A stretch of 64,000 bases of DNA, from NCBI GenBank assembly GCA_903837175.1, contig CAILTR010000055.1:819-64818 (forward strand), read 5' to 3'. The notes beneath the pieces were generated by a model, which was not told where the DNA came from, ran no database searches, and was given only the letters and a program-made list of their open reading frames with translations. Positions 9,756 to 17,755 of this stretch are shown here, in pieces. This stretch comes from an uncultured bacterium. GTDB lineage: Bacteria; Patescibacteriota; Minisyncoccia; Moranbacterales; GWC2-37-73. Each line of letters opens with the position of its first letter. Within the stretch, counting starts at the first letter, position 1. The translations under genes and the position numbers were made by a program.

Positions 9756-10226
9756 ATGCAAAAAGAAATTGTAATGTATACCGATGGTGGATCGCGGGGA
9801 AATCCGGGACCGGCAGGGATTGGAGTTTATATCTCCGCTAAAAGCGGATCCGCCTCGGGCGGAGAAACTACCCAATGGAAATACGGCGAGTGCATTGGGA
9901 TTAAAACTAACAACGACGCTGAATACGAAGCGCTGATTTTTGGACTGAAAAAAATAAAACAACTCCTAGGTAACGTTTCCGCCAAGCAAGCCCACGTGGA
10001 TTGCTTTTTGGACAGTGAGTTAGTCGTCAAGCAACTCAAGCATGAATATAAGCTAAAAGAACCTCGCATCCAGCAGTATTTTTTGGAAATTTGGAATTTA
10101 ATGCTAGACTTTAAACAGGTGACGTTTACCCATGTCCTGCGCGAGAAAAATAAAATTGCCGACGCGCTGGTTAATGAAGCGCTGGATGGAGAAGGGAAGC
10201 AGGGCAGTTTAATTTCTAATTTCTAA
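9756..10226 (+). CDS. rnhA: Ribonuclease HI family protein
   Basis: YTDGGSRGNPGPAG, TNNDAEYEAL, DSELVVKQ and NKIADALVNEALD motifs; 10-aa palindrome-derived insert. Confidence 0.9.
   Translation: MQKEIVMYTDGGSRGNPGPAGIGVYISAKSGSASGGETTQWKYGECIGIKTNNDAEYEALIFGLKKIKQLLGNVSAKQAHVDCFLDSELVVKQLKHEYKLKEPRIQQYFLEIWNLMLDFKQVTFTHVLREKNKIADALVNEALDGEGKQGSLISNF
9834..9863. repeat. In-frame double-hairpin palindrome in rnhA
   Basis: TCCGCTAAAAGCGGA-TCCGCCTCGGGCGGA, 30 bp, translated SAKSGSASGG. Confidence 0.75.
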
Positions 10227-10260
10227 TTTCTAAACAATTTCCAGTGATTAAATTATAAAA
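10211..10260. repeat. 7-nt repeat arm (AATTTCT)n overlapping the rnhA stop
   Basis: aatttctaatttctaatttctaaacaatttcca...; same template as 23352 and 55919. Confidence 0.65.
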
Positions 10261-10269
10261 TATATTTTT

Positions 10270-10365
10270 TGTCATCCTGAATTTAGTTCAGGATCTTGCA
10301 CGCAGGAAGTTATCTTATGCAAAGGAAGTAGATGCTGAATCCGCCAGCTGGCGGACAGCATGACA
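10270..10365. repeat. TGTCAT...ATGACA palindromic element with nested TCCGCC/GGCGGA hairpin
   Basis: tgtcatcctgaatttagttcaggatc ... gatgctgaatccgccagctggcggacagcatgaca. Confidence 0.7.
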
Positions 10366-10381
10366 AAGGCTTGAAATAAAA

Positions 10382-11686
10382 ATGAAGAAAACAAAAAAAA
10401 TCTTAATCTGGGTCGGGGTGGCGGTTTTAATTGTGATTGTCGTTATTTTTTATTTTAAAAGTAAAAAGCCAGTGACAACTTATACGACAGCTGACGCAGT
10501 TAAGGGCACGCTAGTGCAAACTGTCTCGGTTACGGGCGACCTGGTAGCCAAAGATGAGATTACGCTTAATTTTGAACTGGGCGGGCGAGTGAGTAAGGTT
10601 TTTGTTAAAACTAGCGATGAGGTTGCCGCTGGGGATAAGATTGCAACTTTAACTGACGCTTCGCTGCAAAAGCAACTTGACCAGGCTCAAGCTGGGCTTG
10701 ATCAGGCGATTGCTAACGCTGGCGCTAACAGTGATACGCTCAGAGAAGCGAAAGTTTCTAAAGACAATACCGAAAATACCTTGGATGATACGGAAAACTT
10801 AAATAAGCAAAGTATCGATGCCTCGCAGCAAGCCGTGGATAATGCCCAAAAATATTATGATGATGCAAAAGATTTTTATGATGGTTCTCCAAGCGCGCAA
10901 AATAAACTGACGCTCACAACAGCTGAAAATGCCTTGGATTCTGCTAAAGAAAGTTTAAAGACGGTAAGGGAGCAAGCAGATTTAAGTCAAACGAATGCCG
11001 AGAACGCAGTAGCTAGCGCCAAGGCTAGAGTTAAAACAGTCGAGTCTGACTTTGCCAAGGCCTCTAGAAATGCAACCGTGGCTGGGGCGCGCGCCGCTTA
11101 TGGTCAAGCAATGCTTAATTTAGCCAAGGCGACCCTAGTTTCTCCAGTTAACGGGATTATTACGGAAGTCAATAATAAGCCGGGCGAAATTTTAGGCACG
11201 GGCGTAATTAAGGAAGCTTTTTCAAGGGTGATGTCTATGGATATGATTATCGAGTCTAAAGTACCGGAATCAGACATTGTCAAACTAAAACTCGGGCAAC
11301 ACGCTAAAATTACTTTTGATGCCTTAACTTTAGAGGATATCTATGAGGGGGAAGTGATTGAAATTGATCCAGCCTCGACGACGATTCAGGACGTGGTTTA
11401 TTACCAAATTAAATTAAAACTAAATAGTGTTGATATCCGCATTAAACCTGGGATGAGCACCAACATTGCCATCAGCACGGCGGAAAAAACTGGCATTATT
11501 TCGGTACCTCAACGAGCGATTAAGCTTGAGGGTGAAAAGAAATATGTTGATGTTTTACAAATAGCTGATAATACGACGAAAAAAGTTTATATTGAAACTG
11601 GGCTAGAAGGAGACGAAGGCATGGTCGAAGTTAAATCCGGACTTAAAGGCGGCGAGAAGGTAGTGACGTTCGTGGTGACGAAGTAG
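10382..11686 (+). CDS. Efflux periplasmic adaptor (MacA/HlyD-like)
   Basis: N-terminal TM, lipoyl-like halves (GGRVSKVFVK; SPVNGII), coiled coil, KPGMS, GLKGGEKVV. Confidence 0.9.
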   Translation: MKKTKKILIWVGVAVLIVIVVIFYFKSKKPVTTYTTADAVKGTLVQTVSVTGDLVAKDEITLNFELGGRVSKVFVKTSDEVAAGDKIATLTDASLQKQLDQAQAGLDQAIANAGANSDTLREAKVSKDNTENTLDDTENLNKQSIDASQQAVDNAQKYYDDAKDFYDGSPSAQNKLTLTTAENALDSAKESLKTVREQADLSQTNAENAVASAKARVKTVESDFAKASRNATVAGARAAYGQAMLNLAKATLVSPVNGIITEVNNKPGEILGTGVIKEAFSRVMSMDMIIESKVPESDIVKLKLGQHAKITFDALTLEDIYEGEVIEIDPASTTIQDVVYYQIKLKLNSVDIRIKPGMSTNIAISTAEKTGIISVPQRAIKLEGEKKYVDVLQIADNTTKKVYIETGLEGDEGMVEVKSGLKGGEKVVTFVVTK

Positions 11687-11841
11687 TTTTTTAGGCTTTA
11701 GCTTATTAGCTTCGTTAGCTTTTAGGGAAATGCAAAAGATGGGTGGGTTGAAAATTTGGAAATAAAAAAATCCCCGTACCTTTTTGCTTGGAATATTAAA
11801 TATTCACAACCAGCAGGGACGAGGAAAGGAGTAATTCACGG

Positions 11842-12093
11842 CTATCTATGGTCTCCGCAGTTTGGACACGTTGGCCCACTGCCTAAAATATGCATAGGTT
11901 TTCTCCAAGAATTACAGATATGCGTGCGACACCGAGTAAGGTGCCCCGCTATTCCGTAAAAGAAAGCTAAGATGGCAAGGGTGATGCCTTCCAGCGGATG
12001 GTAGGTGGCTGTGCCGACTGCATAAAAGACAATTGCAAGACAGATCAATCCCCACATTTTAAAAAGCGAAAACTTTTTGTTAGTTAATTTCAT
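11842..12093 (-). CDS. Possible small membrane protein with Cys motif, antisense within the ABC operon
   Basis: ATG ORF with two hydrophobic segments and a C-terminal C..C...CPNC. Confidence 0.45.
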   Translation of the reverse strand: MKLTNKKFSLFKMWGLICLAIVFYAVGTATYHPLEGITLAILAFFYGIAGHLTRCRTHICNSWRKPMHILGSGPTCPNCGDHR

Positions 12094-12293
12094 TTTTTTG
12101 CCTTTGGCTTCATTGAGCCACTAAGTTAGTAAATACTAAAAAGAACCACGATATCTAATTATACGCTAAAATAATGGAAGTGTCAACAGTTTGAAAGCCT
12201 GTGCTACACTCGCTCGCATTCGCCTTCTTGCTAAAGAGGGGAATAAAAATAATTTGTAAATTTGTGGGGACTGTAATTTGTAGAAAATATTTT

Positions 12294-13019
12294 ATGTCAT
12301 TGATTGTTGTTCAAAATTTAAGTAAGACTTACGAAACCGAAGGCGTGAAAACGCCGGTTTTGCATGAGGTTACTTTCGAAATTAAAAAAGGCGAGTTTAT
12401 TTCCATTATGGGTCCATCAGGCTCTGGCAAATCAACCCTAATGCAAATTTTAGGGATGCTGGATCGGCCGACGGAGGGAACCTATTTATTGGAAGGAAAA
12501 AATATTACCCAATATTCTGATGATGAAATGGCAAAAATTCGCAATAAGAAAATTGGTTTTGTTTTTCAGTCCTTTAATTTATTGCCGAGAACTTCGGTGT
12601 ATGAAAATACGGAGCTGCCCCTGCTTTATGATGAAGATCATTTGGAGATGAATAACGAGAAAAAAATAACCAAAGCTTTAGCGGCCGTTGATATGAGTCA
12701 TCGCACAAACTATCTTTCTAACCAACTTTCTGGTGGAGAAAAACAACGGGTAGCGATTGCGCGCGCTTTAGTTAATAATCCAGAAGTTATTTTTGCTGAT
12801 GAGCCAACGGGGAACTTGGATTCAAAGTCTGGCTTGGCGGTAATGCGAATTCTCCAACAACTCAATGACGTTGGGCACACGGTAATTTTAGTCACACATG
12901 AAACTTATACCGCTCGTCACGCCAAACGCATCCTAAATATGCTCGATGGCCGCATTGTTTCCGACGAACTCGTCAAAGACCGCTTGATTGCTGATGGAGA
13001 AGGAGAACTCCTAAAATAA
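12294..13019 (+). CDS. ABC transporter ATP-binding protein (MacB/LolD-like)
   Basis: [17 protein letters not shown] and DEPTGNLD motifs; start reassigned to MSLIV at 12294. Confidence 0.95.
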   Translation: MSLIVVQNLSKTYETEGVKTPVLHEVTFEIKKGEFISIMGPSGSGKSTLMQILGMLDRPTEGTYLLEGKNITQYSDDEMAKIRNKKIGFVFQSFNLLPRTSVYENTELPLLYDEDHLEMNNEKKITKALAAVDMSHRTNYLSNQLSGGEKQRVAIARALVNNPEVIFADEPTGNLDSKSGLAVMRILQQLNDVGHTVILVTHETYTARHAKRILNMLDGRIVSDELVKDRLIADGEGELLK

Positions 13020-13020
13020 A

Positions 13021-13142
13021 TTAAAAAGCAAAAATCAAAATGGAAAATGACATTGTAAAATGTAAAATTTTTCATGCATTTGATAATTTTTAATTTTAAT
13101 TTGTCATTTTGATTTTTGAGATTTACATTTTACATTTCATTC
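13021..13142. repeat. Empty inverted 7-nt repeat element (AAAATC/G family)
   Basis: Left arm caaaaatcaaaatggaaaatgaca...tgtaaaatgtaaa; right arm tgtcattttgatttttgagatttacattttacattt; 23 bp identical to 14425-14447. Confidence 0.85.
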
Positions 13143-13166
13143 TTTGATTAATAAGTTATAAATTAG

Positions 13167-14408
13167 ATGAAATTAAGTTCCCCCATCAAAATTTCCTATA
13201 ACAACCTGCTGGCGGCTAAATTCCGTTCTTTTTTAACGATTTTGGGAATTATCATTGGGATAGCCTCGGTGATTATCGTGATGGCAATTGGCGCCAGCGC
13301 CCAGCAACTCATTTTGAGTCAAGTTTCGGGAATTGGTTCTAATCTGGTCAGTGTCCTGCCGGGAGGCTCGGATGAAAAAGGTCCGCCAGCTTCGGCGCTG
13401 GGGATTGTGGTGACAACCTTAAAAGAAACTGATCTTGAAGCTATCCTTCAGAAAAGGAATGTGCCAAATGCTGCGAGTGGCTCGGCTTACGTGAGTGGAG
13501 TTGGCCTGATGAAATATCGAAGTAATTCAGCCGAAAGTAGTTTTCAAGGCGTTTCGGCTAGCTTTCCAAATGTGGAAAGTGTTATTCTAAAGTCGGGAAG
13601 ATTTTTTACAAATGAAGAAGAATCCGGACTAGCTCGGGTAGCGGTATTGGGACCTGGTCGTGCGGTTCAGCTTTTTGGCAATGAAGATCCTATGGGAAAA
13701 GTTTTTTCGATTAAAGATACGAACTTTACCGTCATTGGCGTTTTTGAGGAAAGAGGCTCGAGCGGTTTTACAAATACCGATGACCTGGCTTATATTCCGC
13801 TGGAAACCGCGCAGAAAATCTTGCTGGGAATTAGTCATATCAATAGCATGCGCATTAAAATTGACTCGCCCGCTAATATGGAAAGGGCCACTGCTGATGT
13901 TAAATATGTCCTGAGAACTCAGCATAAAATAAAAAATGTAACGGATGAGGATTTTTCGGTGCGTAATACCGCCCAGGCAATTTCGACGATTACGAATATT
14001 ACTAATGTTTTAAAATATTTTCTTACCGGGATTGCTGGAATTTCACTTTTGGTTGGGGGGATTGGCATTATGAATATCATGCTCATTTCGGTTAATCAAC
14101 GAATTCGGGAAATTGGACTTCGCAAAGCCGTTGGCGCTAGAGCGCGGCACATCATTGCCCAATTTTTAATTGAAGCGGTTTTTCTGACTTTGATTGGCGG
14201 TCTGGCGGGTATTGTTTTTGGAATTGCGCTTTCATTTTTAGCCTCCGTGGTTATTAACGCCTTAGGTTATAAATGGGAGTTTATTATTTCGCTTACCTCC
14301 ATCGGGGTAGCAACCTCCGTAGCGATTTTGATCGGCGTTATTTTCGGACTGTATCCAGCCCGCAAGGCTTCGCGAATTTCACCAATGGAAGCACTGAGAT
14401 ATGAATGA
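13167..14408 (+). CDS. ABC transporter permease (MacB/FtsX family)
   Basis: RSFLTILGIIIG; GGIGIMNIML...RIREIGLRKAVGA; PARKASRISPMEALRYE. Confidence 0.95.
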   Translation: MKLSSPIKISYNNLLAAKFRSFLTILGIIIGIASVIIVMAIGASAQQLILSQVSGIGSNLVSVLPGGSDEKGPPASALGIVVTTLKETDLEAILQKRNVPNAASGSAYVSGVGLMKYRSNSAESSFQGVSASFPNVESVILKSGRFFTNEEESGLARVAVLGPGRAVQLFGNEDPMGKVFSIKDTNFTVIGVFEERGSSGFTNTDDLAYIPLETAQKILLGISHINSMRIKIDSPANMERATADVKYVLRTQHKIKNVTDEDFSVRNTAQAISTITNITNVLKYFLTGIAGISLLVGGIGIMNIMLISVNQRIREIGLRKAVGARARHIIAQFLIEAVFLTLIGGLAGIVFGIALSFLASVVINALGYKWEFIISLTSIGVATSVAILIGVIFGLYPARKASRISPMEALRYE

Positions 14409-14889
14409 TTTTAAATTAAAATTAAAAAATCAAAATGGAAAATGACAAAGCAAAATTTAAAAATGAATTCAAAAAAAGATTATATAATTTTGTGTTACGT
14501 CTGATAAGATTTATTGATACTCTCCCAAAAAGTTCCGTAAATGACATTATGGGTAAGCAATTATTAAGAAGTGGGACAAGTATCTTAGCAAATTATGTAG
14601 AAGCTAATTCGGCAAGTTCGAAAAAAGATTTTATAAACTTTTTTACCCATTCCTTGAAATCATCAAATGAATCAAAAGTTTAGTTGACTTTACTGAGAGA
14701 CACGCATAAAGGAGAAAAGCAAGAAATAGTGTGGTTGCTAGCAGAGTTAATCGAAATTTCTAATATTATAGCCAGTAGTATCCTTACGCTAAAAGGTAAG
14801 AAATAATTTCTTATCATCTAGTGAAGAGACCAAAATTTTTTATTTTAAATTGTCATTTTCCATTTTGAGATTTACATTTTTCATTTATT
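14409..14889. mobile_element. Inverted-repeat-array element carrying a four-helix-bundle gene
   Basis: Perfect 19-bp IR (14430-14448 / 14850-14868) within longer 7-nt-period arms. Fills the whole gap between two permease genes. Mobility is inferred. Confidence 0.65.
14435..14806 (+). pseudogene. Four-helix-bundle protein (23S rRNA IVP/Avd-like) with internal TAG
   Basis: KQLLRSGTSILANYVEA...SKKDFINF...LKSSNESKV*LTLLRD...LIEISNIIASSILTLKGKK; the TAG at 14681-14683 sits where the family has Trp. Confidence 0.85.
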
Positions 14890-16146
14890 ATGTTTAAACG
14901 CCTTCTCTTATCAATAAAACTTGCCTCCCGCAGTTTGACCATTAACATTGGTCGAACGGTTTTGACATTGGTGGGAATTATTATTGGAATTTTATCCGTA
15001 ATTGTCGTCACTTCCAGTGGTCAAGGTGTTAAGGAATATATTTTAGGCCAAGTCAATAGTTTTGGGACGGATATTATTCAGGTTGAAACGAAAGTTCCAG
15101 CTACGGGCAAAACTTCTTCGGCTAACGCGACAGGTCAAGCGCAAGGGATTCAAATTACAACGCTAAAAGTTTCCGACGGGGAAATGCTGAAAAAAATTCC
15201 AAATATTGATAAAGCCGCCCCAGCTTCGATTGGCCAAGAGTTGGCTACTTATCAAGCTACGAATAAACGGGCGATGATTTTTGGGGTTGGCGCTGATTAT
15301 CCTTTTGTGGATACAGCTACCAAGGTCGCGCAGGGGGCTTTTTATTCGCAGGGCGATGATAATGGCCTAGCGCAAGTAGTTGTGATTGGGAGCGACGTTA
15401 AAGACGCCCTCTTTGGCGATCAAGAAGCCATCGGCAAGGAAATTAAAATTAAAAGTTTAAATTTCCGCGTGGTTGGCGTGGCTGAAAAAAGAGGGGCGGT
15501 AACTTTTTTAAATTATGATGAATTTATTTTTATGCCGGTGCAAACGCTCCAAAAGAAAATCTTGGGGATCGATTATGTCCGCATGATTACGCTAAAAGTT
15601 AAAGATGCGAATTTAATTGACGTGACGGCCGCTGACGTTTCCGACGCGCTTAAGCGTCAGCATAAAACGCCCAGGGAGGAACAAGAGGATTTTTCCGTTT
15701 CAACCATCCAAGAAGCCCAGAAAATAATTGGTGACGTTTTTGGAACGATTAATATTTTGCTTTTGGCGCTTACTTCAATTTCCTTGGTCGTCGGTGGGGT
15801 GGGGATTATGAACGTCATGTATGTGGCGGTCGTCGAACGAACTTTTGAAATTGGTTTGCGCAAAGCGGTCGGCGCCACCGCCTCAGATATTCGCAACCAA
15901 TTTTTATTTGAAGCGATTTTTATAACGCTAATTGGCGGCTTGATTGGGATTTTACTGGGCTACTTAATTTCTTTCGGACTTTCTTATTTAATTAAGAGTC
16001 TTGGTTTTAACTTAAATTTCCCCGTGACGCTAAGCGCAATTTTCCTTGCCACCAGCTTTTCGATGGCTACCGGCATTATCTTTGGCTACTATCCCGCCTA
16101 CAAAGCCTCTAAGCTCTCGCCCATGGAAGCGCTCAGAAAAGAATAA
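14890..16146 (+). CDS. ABC transporter permease (MacB/FtsX family), second copy
   Basis: RTVLTLVGIIIG; GGVGIMNVM...ERTFEIGLRKAVGA; SPMEALRKE. Confidence 0.95.
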   Translation: MFKRLLLSIKLASRSLTINIGRTVLTLVGIIIGILSVIVVTSSGQGVKEYILGQVNSFGTDIIQVETKVPATGKTSSANATGQAQGIQITTLKVSDGEMLKKIPNIDKAAPASIGQELATYQATNKRAMIFGVGADYPFVDTATKVAQGAFYSQGDDNGLAQVVVIGSDVKDALFGDQEAIGKEIKIKSLNFRVVGVAEKRGAVTFLNYDEFIFMPVQTLQKKILGIDYVRMITLKVKDANLIDVTAADVSDALKRQHKTPREEQEDFSVSTIQEAQKIIGDVFGTINILLLALTSISLVVGGVGIMNVMYVAVVERTFEIGLRKAVGATASDIRNQFLFEAIFITLIGGLIGILLGYLISFGLSYLIKSLGFNLNFPVTLSAIFLATSFSMATGIIFGYYPAYKASKLSPMEALRKE

Positions 16147-16274
16147 GACAGCTTAAAAGCTTTTTAGGCGTTAGCTTTTTAGGTAAATGAAGAAATGGAT
16201 AAAAGTGGCTGGAATGGCTTAGTTGTGGTAAGCTTGAGTAGTAAATAATTGAATAATTAAATTAATTGAGCAAT

Positions 16275-17714
16275 ATGAAATTAAAACTCCAGGAATTTTT
16301 TGCGAAAAAAGAAAATTTGTATCTTGTTTTAGCCTTGACCTTTGGTTTAATAATGGCTTTATTTAATCCACCTTTTGCCGGAGTTCCAGATGAACATGCT
16401 CATTATTGGAAAGCGTGGTCAATTGCAGAAGGATATTGGAAGTGTACAGGACAAGATGCTATTCCAGAATCGGCTCAGAAGCTCCCAGACCAAATAAAGC
16501 CAGTTGCTTATGAGGGGATAAAGGATAAGAAAATTGTTTTGGCGAAATTGAAAGAAAAGCTTGGACAGAAAGACACAAACAAAAATGCCGTGATTGGTGG
16601 AGCCGTATGCACGGCCACACCTTTTGGATATTTTGCTCAGTCAATAGGGCTACGTTTTGGAAAACTTTTTAATTTATCAGCTCTTGCTGATTTTTATCTT
16701 GCTAGGATTGCTAATTTAATATTAGTGGTCATCTTGATTTTTTTTGCAATAAAAATTATTCCTTTCGGAAAAACAATTCTCTTGATTATTGCTCTTTTCC
16801 CATTAACTATTCAGCAAGCTTCTTCTTTGAGTTATGATGCTCCTCAGATTGGATTTGCCTTTTTATTTTTTGCTTATATCTTAAGATTGACTGTTGAAAA
16901 AGAGAAGCAAATCAGAAAGAAAGATATTGTTATATTGTTTGCTCTTTCTTTGTTTGGATTAAACATAAAACTTGGCTATTTCGTTCTTTCCCTTTTAGTG
17001 TTGCTCATTCCCAAGGAAAAATTTAAAAGTGTAAAGAATTATTTTATCTTTATCTTAACTTTCCTTATATCGAATGTGGCCCTGTTTTTTCTCGATAGGC
17101 GTCTTTATTTAGAATTAAAAGCTCCAGACTGGACTAACCCCGCAGAACAGCTTAAGTTTGTTATGTCATCCCCATTTCATTTTCTGAATGTCTTGTTTGA
17201 AACTTTGTATCAAAGTAATTTAGTGACTTATGTTACTGGCGTGATATATAGACCAGGTTGGGGAGCCTCTACTTCTCACATCCTCTTAATCTGTATATTT
17301 GTTGGTATTATTTTATTTGTGAAAAATGAGGAAGAATCTGTCCCTCTGACCAAGCGGCAACGTTGGATCATCATGACTGTTTTTATTTTAAATTTTATTT
17401 TGATATACTTAGCTTTATATTTAGGATGGACAACCGTGGGGGCTAGTAAAATTTCAGGAGTGCAAGGGCGCTATTTGATTCCGCTACTCCCTTTGTTCAT
17501 AATCTTTTTTTACAAGGCCTCTTTCAACCTGCAATATAAGTTTATAAAAAAACATCTCAATTTATTGTTACTTATTTCTCTTGTTACGGTTTTTGTATTT
17601 GTTGTGTGGGATGCATATAATAGTTATTATAATAAAGCTGGAGCAAATCCGGTGCCTGCTTCAGTAGGTGTAGCCCCAGTTTCTGAGGCTATTCAATCTT
17701 CAAGCTCTGAGTAA
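16275..17714 (+). CDS. DUF2142-like polytopic membrane protein (GT-C-like)
   Basis: PPFAGVPDEHAH, ARIAN, SLSYD and GVQGRYLIP motifs. Confidence 0.8.
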   Translation: MKLKLQEFFAKKENLYLVLALTFGLIMALFNPPFAGVPDEHAHYWKAWSIAEGYWKCTGQDAIPESAQKLPDQIKPVAYEGIKDKKIVLAKLKEKLGQKDTNKNAVIGGAVCTATPFGYFAQSIGLRFGKLFNLSALADFYLARIANLILVVILIFFAIKIIPFGKTILLIIALFPLTIQQASSLSYDAPQIGFAFLFFAYILRLTVEKEKQIRKKDIVILFALSLFGLNIKLGYFVLSLLVLLIPKEKFKSVKNYFIFILTFLISNVALFFLDRRLYLELKAPDWTNPAEQLKFVMSSPFHFLNVLFETLYQSNLVTYVTGVIYRPGWGASTSHILLICIFVGIILFVKNEEESVPLTKRQRWIIMTVFILNFILIYLALYLGWTTVGASKISGVQGRYLIPLLPLFIIFFYKASFNLQYKFIKKHLNLLLLISLVTVFVFVVWDAYNSYYNKAGANPVPASVGVAPVSEAIQSSSSE

Positions 17715-17755
17715 GAAAGAGAGAGCCAATTAAGTTATATAAAAAGTGAAATAAT

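Noticed and set aside
14681-14683. Stop-codon reassignment or TAG readthrough
   Set aside because: TAG, TGA and TAA all end conserved genes at expected positions in this window; a single TGG>TAG change is simpler.
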